From Auanema rhodensis (Eukaryota > Animalia > Nematoda): a stretch of DNA of 64,000 bases. The stretch's first letter is position 1, and the number at the start of each line of letters is the position of its first letter. The notes beneath the pieces were generated by a model that was given only the letters and a program-made list of their open reading frames with translations, ran no database searches and was not told the DNA's origin. The stretch lies in NCBI GenBank assembly GCA_964057225.1, contig OZ059900.1, positions 21,886,001-21,950,000 of the forward strand, written 5' to 3'. Both the position numbers and the translations under genes were made by a program. Below are positions 25,223-38,512 of the stretch, piece by piece.

Positions 25223-27374
25223 GTGGAACTAGACGTTGTACGAACAATTTTGAGCTAGGTTTCATTGACATTGCATGAGTTTGAACACATGAAATCGTAA
25301 GTCAAAACCTTGTTTACAGCGAAATTTCCAAAAACTGGTTTTCCAGCATAATAAAATATTTCTCATGGGAAATACTGTGTTTTTGTATTTTTCTAGTGTT
25401 CAGCATGTAAAATGCTTCATTTTAGTATGTAACACGCTGAAATTCGTTGCATTTGACGACTCATATGAACAAAAATCGATTTAATCAATATTAGCCATAA
25501 GGGGCGTGCCCTCAGAATATACTAATTTCCTTAATTTTCTAACCCCTGTTTTTTTGTCGTGAAAGTGGAACTAGACGTTGTACGAACAATTTTGAGCTAG
25601 GTTTCATTGACATTGCATGAGTTTGAACACATGAAATCGTAAGTCAAAACCTTGTTTACAGCGAAATTTCCAAAAACTGGTTTTCCAGCATAATAAAATA
25701 TTTCTCATGGGAAATACTGTGTTTTTGTATTTTTCTAGTGTTCAGCATGTAAAATGCTTCATTTTAGTATGTAACACGCTGAAATTCGTTGCATTTGACG
25801 ACTCATATGAACAAAAATCGATTTAATCATTATTAGCCATAAGGGGCGTGCCCTCAGAATATGCTAATTTCCTTAATTTTCTAACCCCTGTTTTTTTGTC
25901 GTGAAAGTGGAACTAGACGTTGTACGAACAATTTTGAGTTAGGTTTCATTGACATTGCATGAGTTTGAACACATGAAATCGTAAGTCAAAACCTTGTTTA
26001 CAGCGAAATTTCCAAAAACTGGTTTTCCAGCATAATAAAATATTTCTCATGGGAAATACTGTGTTTTTGTATTTTTCTAGTGTTCAGCATGTAAAATGCT
26101 TCATTTTAGTATGTAACACGCTGAAATTCGTTGCATTTGACGACTCATATGAACAAAAATCGATTTAATCAATATTAGCCATAAGGGGCGTGCCCTCAGA
26201 ATATGCTAATTTCCTTAATTTTCTAACCCCTGTTTTTTTGTCGTGAAAGTGGAACTAGACGTTGTACGAACAATTTTGAGCTAGGTTTCATTGACATTGC
26301 ATGAGTTTGAACACATGAAATCGTAAGTCAAAACCTTGTTTACAGCGAAATTTCCAAAAACTGGTTTTCCAGCATAATAAAATATTTCTCATGGGAAATA
26401 CTGTGTTTTTGTATTTTTCTAGTGTTCAGCATGTAAAATGCTTCATTTTAGTATGTAACACGCTGAAATTCGTTGCATTTGACGACTCATATGAACAAAA
26501 ATCGATTTAATCAATATTAGCTATAAGGGGCGTGCCCTCAGAATATGCTAATTTCCTTAATTTTCTAACCCCTGTTTTTTTGTCGTGAAAGTAGAACTAG
26601 ACGTTGTACGAACAATTTTGAGCTAGGTTTCATTGACATTGCATGAGTTTGAACACATGAAATCGTAAGTCAAAACCTTGTTTACAGCGAAATTTCCAAA
26701 AACTGGTTTTCCAGCATAATAAAATATTTCTCATGGGAAATACTGTGTTTTTGTATTTTTCTAGTGTTCAGCATGTAAAATGCTTCATTTTAGTATGTAA
26801 CACGCTGAAATTCGTTGCATTTGACGACTCATATGAACAAAAATCGATTTAATCATTATTAGCCATAAGGGGCATGCCCTCAGAATATGCTAATTTCCTT
26901 AATTTTCTAACCCCTGTTTTTTTGTCGTGAAAGTGGAACAAGACGTTGTACGAACAATTTTGAGTTAGGTTTCATTGACATTGCATGAGTTTGAACACAT
27001 GAAATCGTAAGTCAAAACCTTGTTTACAGCGAAATTTCCAAAAACTGGTTTTCCAGCTGAATAAAATATTTTTCATGGGAAATACTGTGTTTTTGTATTT
27101 TTCTAGTGTTCAGCATGTAAAATGCTTCATTTTAGTATGTAACACGCTGAAATTTGTTGCATTTGACGACTCATATGAACAAAAATCGATTTAATCAATA
27201 TTAGCCATAAGGGGCGTGCCCTCAGAATATGCTAATTTCCTTAATTTTCTAACCCCTGTTTTTTTGTCGTGAAAGTGGAACTAGACGTTGTACGAACAAT
27301 TTTGAGTTAGGTTTCATTGACATTGCATGAGTTTGAACACATGAAATCGTAAGTCAAAACCTTGTTTACAGCGA

Positions 27375-27618
27375 TTTCAGCGTGTTACATACTAAAATGA
27401 AGCATTTTACATGCTGAACACTAGAAAAATACAAAAACACAGTATTTCCCATGAGAAATATTTTATTATGCTGGAAAACCAGTTTTTGGAAATTTCGCTG
27501 TAAACAAGGTTTTGACTTACGATTTCATGTGTTCAAACTCATGCAATGTCAATGAAACTTAGCTCAAAATTGTTCGTACAACGTCTAGTTCCACTTTCAC
27601 GACAAAAAAACAGGGGTT
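27375..27618 (-). repeat. Inverted satellite segment, copy 2 (unit 27275-27761)
   Basis: Same reverse-complement segment and same junctions (CAGCGA|TTTCAGCG and GGGGTT|TGAAATACTGTG|ACGCTG). Confidence 0.95.
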
Positions 27619-28203
27619 TGAAATACTGTGACGCTGAAATTCGTTGCATTTGACGACTCATATGAACAAAAATCGATTTAATCAATATTAGCCATAAGGG
27701 GCGTGCCCTCAGAATATGCTAATTTCCTTAATTTTCTAACCCCTGTTTTTTTGTCGTGAAAGTGGAACTAGACGTTGTACGAACAATTTTGAGCTAGGTT
27801 TCATTGACATTGCATGAGTTTGAACACATGAAATCGTAAGTCAAAACCTTGTTTACAGCGAAATTTCCAAAAACTGGTTTTCCAGCATAATAAAATATTT
27901 CTCATGGGAAATACTGTGTTTTTGTATTTTTCTAGTGTTCAGCATGTAAAATGCTTCATTTTAGTATGTAACACGCTGAAATTCGTTGCATTTGACGACT
28001 CATATGAACAAAAATCGATTTAATCAATATTAGCCATAAGGGGCGTGCCCTCAGAATATGCTAATTTCCTTAATTTTCTAACCCCTGTTTTTTTGTCGTG
28101 AAAGTGGAACTAGACGTTGTACGAACAATTTTGAGTTAGGTTTCATTGACATTGCATGAGTTTGAACACATGAAATCGTAAGTCAAAACCTTGTTTACAG
28201 CGA

Positions 28204-28447
28204 TTTCAGCGTGTTACATACTAAAATGAAGCATTTTACATGCTGAACACTAGAAAAATACAAAAACACAGTATTTCCCATGAGAAATATTTTATTATGC
28301 TGGAAAACCAGTTTTTGGAAATTTCGCTGTAAACAAGGTTTTGACTTACGATTTCATGTGTTCAAACTCATGCAATGTCAATGAAACTTAGCTCAAAATT
28401 GTTCGTACAACGTCTAGTTCCACTTTCACGACAAAAAAACAGGGGTT
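28204..28447 (-). repeat. Inverted satellite segment, copy 3 (unit 28104-28590)
   Basis: Same segment and junctions as copy 2. Confidence 0.95.
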
Positions 28448-31400
28448 TGAAATACTGTGACGCTGAAATTCGTTGCATTTGACGACTCATATGAACAAAA
28501 ATCGATTTAATCAATATTAGCCATAAGGGGCGTGCCCTCAGAATATGCTAATTTCCTTAATTTTCTAACCCCTGTTTTTTTGTCGTGAAAGTGGAACTAG
28601 ACGTTGTACGAACAATTTTGAGCTAGGTTTCATTGACATTGCATGAGTTTGAACACATGAAATCGTAAGTCAAAACCTTGTTTACAGCGAAATTTCCAAA
28701 AACTGGTTTTCCAGCATAATAAAATATTTCTCATGGGAAATACTGTGTTTTTGTATTTTTCTAGTGTTCAGCATGTAAAATGCTTCATTTTAGTATGTAA
28801 CACGCTGAAATTCGTTGCATTTGACGACTCATATGAACAAAAATCGATTTAATCATTATTAGCCATAAGGGGCGTGCCCTCAGAATATGCTAATTTCCTT
28901 AATTTTCTAACCCCTGTTTTTTTGTCGTGAAAGTGGAACTAGACGTTGTACGAACAATTTTGAGTTAGGTTTCATTGACATTGCATGAGTTTGAACACAT
29001 GAAATCGTAAGTCAAAACCTTGTTTACAGCGAAATTTCCAAAAACTGGTTTTCCAGCATAATAAAATATTTCTCATGGGAAATACTGTGTTTTTGTATTT
29101 TTCTAGTGTTCAGCATGTAAAATGCTTCATTTTAGTATGTAACACGCTGAAATTCGTTGCATTTGACGACTCATATGAACAAAAATCGATTTAATCAATA
29201 TTAGCCATAAGGGGCGTGCCCTCAGAATATGCTAATTTCCTTAATTTTCTAACCCCTGTTTTTTTGTCGTGAAAGTGGAACTAGACGTTGTACGAACAAT
29301 TTTGAGCTAGGTTTCATTGACATTGCATGAGTTTGAACACATGAAATCGTAAGTCAAAACCTTGTTTACAGCGAAATTTCCAAAAACTGGTTTTCCAGCA
29401 TAATAAAATATTTCTCATGGGAAATACTGTGTTTTTGTATTTTTCTAGTGTTCAGCATGTAAAATGCTTCATTTTAGTATGTAACACGCTGAAATTCGTT
29501 GCATTTGACGACTCATATGAACAAAAATCGATTTAATCAATATTAGCCATAAGGGGCGTGCCCTCAGAATATACTAATTTCCTTAATTTTCTAACCCCTG
29601 TTTTTTTGTCGTGAAAGTGGAACTAGACGTTGTACGAACAATTTTGAGCTAGGTTTCATTGACATTGCATGAGTTTGAACACATGCAATCGTAAGTCAAA
29701 ACCTTGTTTACAGCGAAATTTCCAAAAACTGGTTTTCCAGCATAATAAAATATTTCTCATGGGAAATACTGTGTTTTTGTATTTTTCTAGTGTTCAGCAT
29801 GTAAAATGCTTCATTTTAGTATGTAACACGCTGAAATTCGTTGCATTTGACGACTCATATGAACAAAAATCGATTTAATCAATATTAGCCATAAGGGGCG
29901 TGCCCTCAGAATATGCTAATTTCCTTAATTTTCTAACCCCTGTTTTTTTGTCGTGAAAGTGGAACTAGACGTTGTACGAACAATTTTGAGCTAAGTTTCA
30001 TTGACATTGCATGAGTTTGAACACATGAAATCGTATGTCAAAACCTTGTTTACAGCGAAATTTCCAAAAACTGGTTTTCCAGCATAATAAAATATTTCTC
30101 CTGGGAAATACTGTGTTTTTGTTTTTTTCTAGTGTTCAGCATGTAAAATGCTTCATTTTAGTATGTAACACGCTGAAATTCGTTGCATTTGACGACTCAT
30201 ATGAACAAAAATCGATTTAATCAATATTAGCCATAAGGGGCGTGCCCTCAGAATATACTAATTTCCTTAATTTTCTAACCCCTGTTTTTTTGTCGTGAAA
30301 GTGGAACTAGACGTTGTACGAACAATTTTGAGCTAGGTTTCATTGACATTGCATGAGTTTGAACACATGAAATCGTAAGTCAAAACCTTGTTTACAGCGA
30401 AATTTCCAAAAACTGGTTTTCCAGCATAATAAAATATTTCTCATGGGAAATACTGTGTTTTTGTATTTTTCTAGTGTTCAGCATGTAAAATGCTTCATTT
30501 TAGTATGTAACACGCTGAAATTCGTTGCATTTGACGACTCATATGAACAAAAATCGATTTAATCAATATTAGCCATAAGGGGCGTGCCCTCAGAATATAC
30601 TAATTTCCTTAATTTTCTAACCCCTGTTTTTTTGTCGTGAAAGTGGAACTAGACGTTGTACGAACAATTTTGAGCTAGGTTTCATTGACATTGCATGAGT
30701 TTGAACACATGAAATCGTAAGTCAAAACCTTGTTTACAGCGAAATTTCCAAAAACTGGTTTTCCAGCATAATAAAATATTTCTCATGGGAAATACTGTGT
30801 TTTTGTATTTTTCTAGTGTTCAGCATGTAAAATGCTTCATTTTAGTATGTAACACGCTGAAATTCGTTGCATTTGACGACTCATATGAACAAAAATCGAT
30901 TTAATCATTATTAGCCATAAGGGGCGTGCCCTCAGAATATGCTAATTTCCTTAATTTTCTAACCCCTGTTTTTTTGTCGTGAAAGTGGAACTAGACGTTG
31001 TACGAACAATTTTGAGTTAGGTTTCATTGACATTGCATGAGTTTGAACACATGAAATCGTAAGTCAAAACCTTGTTTACAGCGAAATTTCCAAAAACTGG
31101 TTTTCCAGCATAATAAAATATTTCTCATGGGAAATACTGTGTTTTTGTATTTTTCTAGTGTTCAGCATGTAAAATGCTTCATTTTAGTATGTAACACGCT
31201 GAAATTCGTTGCATTTGACGACTCATATGAACAAAAATCGATTTAATCAATATTAGCCATAAGGGGCGTGCCCTCAGAATATGCTAATTTCCTTAATTTT
31301 CTAACCCCTGTTTTTTTGTCGTGAAAGTGGAACTAGACGTTGTACGAACAATTTTGAGCTAGGTTTCATTGACATTGCATGAGTTTGAACACATGAAATC

Positions 31401-32452
31401 GTAAGTCAAAACCTTGTTTACAGCGAAATTTCCAAAAACTGGTTTTCCAGCATAATAAAATATTTCTCATGGGAAATACTGTGTTTTTGTATTTTTCTAG
31501 TGTTCAGCATGTAAAATGCTTCATTTTAGTATGTAACACGCTGAAATTCGTTGCATTTGACGACTCATATGAACAAAAATCGATTTAATCAATATTAGCT
31601 ATAAGGGGCGTGCCCTCAGAATATGCTAATTTCCTTAATTTTCTAACCCCTGTTTTTTTGTCGTGAAAGTAGAACTAGACGTTGTACGAACAATTTTGAG
31701 CTAGGTTTCATTGACATTGCATGAGTTTGAACACATGAAATCGTAAGTCAAAACCTTGTTTACAGCGAAATTTCCAAAAACTGGTTTTCCAGCATAATAA
31801 AATATTTCTCATGGGAAATACTGTGTTTTTGTATTTTTCTAGTGTTCAGCATGTAAAATGCTTCATTTTAGTATGTAACACGCTGAAATTCGTTGCATTT
31901 GACGACTCATATGAACAAAAATCGATTTAATCATTATTAGCCATAAGGGGCATGCCCTCAGAATATGCTAATTTCCTTAATTTTCTAACCCCTGTTTTTT
32001 TGTCGTGAAAGTGGAACAAGACGTTGTACGAACAATTTTGAGTTAGGTTTCATTGACATTGCATGAGTTTGAACACATGAAATCGTAAGTCAAAACCTTG
32101 TTTACAGCGAAATTTCCAAAAACTGGTTTTCCAGCTGAATAAAATATTTTTCATGGGAAATACTGTGTTTTTGTATTTTTCTAGTGTTCAGCATGTAAAA
32201 TGCTTCATTTTAGTATGTAACACGCTGAAATTTGTTGCATTTGACGACTCATATGAACAAAAATCGATTTAATCAATATTAGCCATAAGGGGCGTGCCCT
32301 CAGAATATGCTAATTTCCTTAATTTTCTAACCCCTGTTTTTTTGTCGTGAAAGTGGAACTAGACGTTGTACGAACAATTTTGAGTTAGGTTTCATTGACA
32401 TTGCATGAGTTTGAACACATGAAATCGTAAGTCAAAACCTTGTTTACAGCGA

Positions 32453-32696
32453 TTTCAGCGTGTTACATACTAAAATGAAGCATTTTACATGCTGAACACT
32501 AGAAAAATACAAAAACACAGTATTTCCCATGAGAAATATTTTATTATGCTGGAAAACCAGTTTTTGGAAATTTCGCTGTAAACAAGGTTTTGACTTACGA
32601 TTTCATGTGTTCAAACTCATGCAATGTCAATGAAACTTAGCTCAAAATTGTTCGTACAACGTCTAGTTCCACTTTCACGACAAAAAAACAGGGGTT
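32453..32696 (-). repeat. Inverted satellite segment, copy 4 (unit 32353-32839)
   Basis: Same segment and junctions as copy 2. Confidence 0.95.
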
Positions 32697-33281
32697 TGAA
32701 ATACTGTGACGCTGAAATTCGTTGCATTTGACGACTCATATGAACAAAAATCGATTTAATCAATATTAGCCATAAGGGGCGTGCCCTCAGAATATGCTAA
32801 TTTCCTTAATTTTCTAACCCCTGTTTTTTTGTCGTGAAAGTGGAACTAGACGTTGTACGAACAATTTTGAGCTAGGTTTCATTGACATTGCATGAGTTTG
32901 AACACATGAAATCGTAAGTCAAAACCTTGTTTACAGCGAAATTTCCAAAAACTGGTTTTTCAGCATAATAAAATATTTCTCATGGGAAATACTGTGTTTT
33001 TGTATTTTTCTAGTGTTCAGCATGTAAAATGCTTCATTTTAGTATGTAACACGCTGAAATTCGTTGCATTTGACGACTCATATGAACAAAAATCGATTTA
33101 ATCAATATTAGCCATAAGGGGCGTGCCCTCAGAATATGCTAATTTCCTTAATTTTCTAACCCCTGTTTTTTTGTCGTGAAAGTGGAACTAGACGTTGTAC
33201 GAACAATTTTGAATTAGGTTTCATTGACATTGCATGAGTTTGAACACATGAAATCGTAAGTCAAAACCTTGTTTACAGCGA

Positions 33282-33525
33282 TTTCAGCGTGTTACATACT
33301 AAAATGAAGCATTTTACATGCTGAACACTAGAAAAATACAAAAACACAGTATTTCCCATGAGAAATATTTTATTATGCTGGAAAACCAGTTTTTGGAAAT
33401 TTCGCTGTAAACAAGGTTTTGACTTACGATTTCATGTGTTCAAACTCATGCAATGTCAATGAAACTTAGCTCAAAATTGTTCGTACAACGTCTAGTTCCA
33501 CTTTCACGACAAAAAAACAGGGGTT
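33282..33525 (-). repeat. Inverted satellite segment, copy 5 (unit 33182-33668)
   Basis: Same segment and junctions as copy 2. Confidence 0.95.
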
Positions 33526-34452
33526 TGAAATACTGTGACGCTGAAATTCGTTGCATTTGACGACTCATATGAACAAAAATCGATTTAATCAATATTAGCC
33601 ATAAGGGGCGTGCCCTCAGAATATGCTAATTTCCTTAATTTTCTAACCCCTGTTTTTTTGTCGTGAAAGTGGAACTAGACGTTGTACGAACAATTTTGAG
33701 CTAGGTTTCATTGACATTGCATGAGTTTGAACACATGAAATCGTAAGTCAAAACCTTGTTTACAGCGAAATTTCCAAAAACTGGTTTTCCAGTATAATAA
33801 AATATTTCTCATGGGAAATACTGTGTTTTTGTATTTTTCTAGTGTTCAGCATGTAAAATGCTTCATTTTAGTATGTAACACGCTGAAATTCGTTGCATTT
33901 GACGACTCATATGAACAAAAATCAATTTAATCAATATTAGCCATAAGGGGCGTGCCCTCAGAATATGCTAATTTCCTTAATTTTCTAACCCCTGTTTTTT
34001 TGTCGTGAAAGTGGAACTAGACGTTGTACGAACAATTTTGAGCTAGGTTTCATTGACATTGCATGAGTTTGAACACATGAAATCGTAAGTCAAAACCTTG
34101 TTTACAGCGAAATTTCCAAAAACTGGTTTTCCAGCATAATAAAATATTTCTCATGGGAAATACTGTGTTTTTGTATTTTTCTAGTGTTCAGCATGTAAAA
34201 TGCTTCATTTTAGTATGTAACACGCTGAAATTCGTTGCATTTGACGACTCATATGAACAAAAATCGATTTAATCAATATTAGCCATAAGGGGCGTGCCCT
34301 CAGAATATGCTAATTTCCTTAATTTTCTAACCCCTGTTTTTTTGTCGTGAAAGTGGAACTAGACGTTGTACGAACAATTTTGAGTTAGGTTTCATTGACA
34401 TTGCATGAGTTTGAACACATGAAATCGTAAGTCAAAACCTTGTTTACAGCGA

Positions 34453-34696
34453 TTTCAGCGTGTTACATACTAAAATGAAGCATTTTACATGCTGAACACT
34501 AGAAAAATACAAAAACACAGTATTTCCCATGAGAAATATTTTATTATGCTGGAAAACCAGTTTTTGGAAATTTCGCTGTAAACAAGGTTTTGACTTACGA
34601 TTTCATGTGTTCAAACTCATGCAATGTCAATGAAACTTAGCTCAAAATTGTTCGTACAACGTCTAGTTCCACTTTCACGACAAAAAAACAGGGGTT
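34453..34696 (-). repeat. Inverted satellite segment, copy 6 (unit 34353-34839)
   Basis: Same segment and junctions. It lies 1171 bp (487+2x342) after copy 5, and both are followed by a CAGTATAAT-marked monomer. Confidence 0.95.
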
Positions 34697-37600
34697 TGAA
34701 ATACTGTGACGCTGAAATTCGTTGCATTTGACGACTCATATGAACAAAAATCGATTTAATCAATATTAGCCATAAGGGGCGTGCCCTCAGAATATGCTAA
34801 TTTCCTTAATTTTCTAACCCCTGTTTTTTTGTCGTGAAAGTGGAACTAGACGTTGTACGAACAATTTTGAGCTAGGTTTCATTGACATTGCATGAGTTTG
34901 AACACATGAAATCGTAAGTCAAAACCTTGTTTACAGCGAAATTTCCAAAAACTGGTTTTCCAGTATAATAAAATATTTCTCATGGGAAATACTGTGTTTT
35001 TGTATTTTTCTAGTGTTCAGCATGTAAAATGCTTCATTTTAGTATGTAACACGCTGAAATTCGTTGCATTTGACGACTCATATGAACAAAAATCGATTTA
35101 ATCAATATTAGCCATGAGGGGCGTGCCCTCAGAATATGCTAATTTCCTTAATTTTCTAACCCCTGTTTTTTTGTCGTGAAAGTGGAACTAGACGTTGTAC
35201 GAACAATTTTGAGCTAGGTTTCATTGACATTGCATGAGTTTGAACACATGAAATCGTAAGTCAAAGCCTTGTTTACAGCGAAATTTCCAAAAACTGGTTT
35301 TCCAGCATAATAAAATATTTCTCATGGGAAATACTGTGTTTTTGTATTTTTCTAGTGTTCAGCATGTAAAATCCTTCATTTTAGTATGTAACACGCTGAA
35401 ATTCGTTGCATTTGACAACTCATATGAACAAAAATCGATTTAATCAATATTAGCCATAATAAAATATTTCTCATGGGAAATACTGTGTTTTTGTATTTTT
35501 CTAGTGTTCAGCATGTAAAATGATTCATTTTAGTATGTAACACGCTGAAATTCGTTGCATTTGACGACTCATATGAACAAAAATCGATTTAATCAATATT
35601 AGCCATAAGGGGCGTGCCCTCAGAATATGCTAATTTCCTTAATTTTCTAACCCCTGTTTTTTTGTCGTGAAAGTGGAACTAGACGTTGTACGAACAATTT
35701 TGAGCTAGGTTTCATTGACATTGCATGAGTTTGAACACATGAAATCGTAAGTCAAAACCTTGTTTACAGCGAAATTTCCAAAAACTGGTTTTCCAGCATA
35801 ATAAAATATTTCTCATGGGAAATACTGTGTTTTTGTATTTTTCTAGTGTTCAGCATGTAAAATGCTTCATTTTAGTATGTAACACGCTGAAATTCGTTGC
35901 ATTTGACGACTCATATGAACAAAAATCGATTTAATCAATATTAGCCATAATAAAATATTTCTCATGGGAAATACTGTGTTTTTGTATTTTTCTAGTGTTC
36001 AGCATGTAAAATGATTCATTTTAGTATGTAACACGCTGAAATTCGTTGCATTTGACGACTCATATGAACAAAAATCGATTTAATCAATATTAGCCATAAG
36101 GGGCGTGCCCTCAGAATATGCTAATTTCCTTAATTTTCTAACCCCTGTTTTTTTGTCGTGAAAGTGGAACTAGACGTTGTACGAACAATTTTGAGCTAGG
36201 TTTCATTGACATTGCATGAGTTTGAACACATGAAATCGTAAGTCAAAGCCTTGTTTACAGCGAAATTTCCAAAAACTGGTTTTCCAGCATAATAAAATAT
36301 TTCTCATGGGAAATACTGTGTTTTTGTATTTTTCTAGTGTTCAGCATGTAAAATCCTTCATTTTAGTATGTAACACGCTGAAATTCGTTGCATTTGACAA
36401 CTCATATGAACAAAAATCGATTTAATCAATATTAGCCATAATAAAATATTTCTCATGGGAAATACTGTGTTTTTGTATTTTTCTAGTGTTCAGCATGTAA
36501 AATGATTCATTTTAGTATGTAACACGCTGAAATTCGTTGCATTTGACGACTCATATGAACAAAAATCGATTTAATCAATATTAGCCATAAGGGGCGTGCC
36601 CTCAGAATATGCTAATTTCCTTAATTTTCTAACCCCTGTTTTTTTGTCGTGAAAGTGGAACTAGACGTTGTACGAACAATTTTGAGCTAGGTTTCATTGA
36701 CATTGCATGAGTTTGAACACATGAAATCGTAAGTCAAAACCTTGTTTACAGCGAAATTTCCAAAAACTGGTTTTCCAGCATAATAAAATATTTCTCATGG
36801 GAAATACTGTGTTTTTGTATTTTTCTAGTGTTCAGCATGTAAAATGCTTCATTTTAGTATGTAACACGCTAAAGTTCGTTGCATTTGACGACTCATATGA
36901 ACAAAAATCGATTTAATCAATATTAGCCATAAGGGGCGTGCCCTCAGAATATGCTAATTTCCTTAATTTTCTAACCCCTGTTTTTTTGTCGTGAAAGTGG
37001 AACTAGACGTTGTACGAACAATTTTGAGCTAGGTTTCATTGACATTGCATGAGTTTGAACACATGAAATCGTAAGTCAAAGCCTTGTTTACAGCGAAATT
37101 TCCAAAAACTGGTTTTCCAGCATAATAAAATATTTCTCATGGGAAATACTGTGTTTTTGTATTTTTCTAGTGTTCAGCATGTAAAATCCTTCATTTTAGT
37201 ATGTAACACGCTGAAATTCGTTGCATTTGACAACTCATATGAACAAAAATCGATTTAATCAATATTAGCCATAATAAAATATTTCTCATGGGAAATACTG
37301 TGTTTTTGTATTTTTCTAGTGTTCAGCATGTAAAATGATTCATTTTAGTATGTAACACGCTGAAATTCGTTGCATTTGACGACTCATATGAACAAAAATC
37401 GATTTAATCAATATTAGCCATAAGGGGCGTGCCCTCAGAATATGCTAATTTCCTTAATTTTCTAACCCCTGTTTTTTTGTCGTGAAAGTGGAACTAGACG
37501 TTGTACGAACAATTTTGAGCTAGGTTTCATTGACATTGCATGAGTTTGAACACATGAAATCGTAAGTCAAAACCTTGTTTACAGCGAAATTTCCAAAAAC

Positions 37601-38512
37601 TGGTTTTCCAGCATAATAAAATATTTCTCATGGGAAATACTGTGTTTTTGTATTTTTCTAGTGTTCAGCATGTAAAATGCTTCATTTTAGTATGTAACAC
37701 GCTAAAGTTCGTTGCATTTGACGACTCATATGAACAAAAATCGATTTAATCAATATTAGCCATAAGGGGCGTGCCCTCAGAATATGCTAATTTCCTTAAC
37801 TTTCTAACCCCTGTTTTTTGTCGTGAAAGTGGAACTAGACGTTGTACGAACAATTTTGAGCTAAGTTTCATTGACATTGCATGAGTTTGAACACATGAAA
37901 TCGTAAGTCAAAACCTTGTTTACAGCGAAATTTCCAAAAACTGGTTTTCCAGCATAATAAAACATTTCTCATGGGAAATACTGTGTTTTTGTTTTTTTCT
38001 AGTGTTCAGCATGTAAAATGCTTCATTTTAGTATGTAACACGCTGAAATTCGTTGCATTTGACGACTCATATGAACAAAAATCGATTTAATCAATATTAG
38101 CCATAAGGGGCGTGCCCTCAGAATATGCTAATTTCCTTAATTTTCTAACCCCTGTTTTTTTGTCGTGAAAGTGGAACTAGATGTTGTACGAACAATTTTG
38201 AGCTAGGTTTCATTGACATTGCATGAGTTTGAACACATGAAATCGTAAGTCAAAACCTTGTTTACAGCGAAATTTCCAAAAACTGGTTTTCCAGCATAAT
38301 AAAATATTTCTCATGGGAAATACTGTGTTTTTGTATTTTTCTAGTGTTCAGCATGTAAAATGCTTCATTTTAGTATGTAACACGCTGAAATTCGTTGCAT
38401 TTGACGACTCATATGAACAAAAATCGATTTAATCAATATTAGCCATAAGGGGCGTGCCCTCAGAATATGCTAATTTCCTTAATTTTCTAACCCCTGTTTT
38501 TTTGTCGTGAAA

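Larger units (their letters stand above)
23513..33668 (+). repeat. Higher-order repeat, 2 x 5078 bp (12x342 + 2x487)
   Basis: Inversions at 27375/32453 and 28204/33282, ORFs at 24591/29669, and the CCAGCTGAAT monomers at 26933/32011 are all offset by 5078 bp. Confidence 0.92.

Noticed and set aside
27374-27640. MITE-like element suggested by the 10-bp inverted ends ATTTCAGCGT...ACGCTGAAAT around the inverted segment
   Set aside because: The inverted ends are simply monomer positions 212-221 present in both orientations. The interior is pure satellite, there is no target-site duplication, and all copies sit at the same monomer position.
22048-30220. 69-aa (MSLNTCNRKS...) and 61-aa (MSKPCLQ...) ORFs, three copies each
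   Set aside because: Each arises from a single satellite SNP (TGA>TGC at position 70, or AAG>ATG at 78) in a frame that happens to be stop-free over positions 71-259 of every standard monomer. They recur only because of the 2543/5078-bp HORs, and I see no recognisable domain or gene context.
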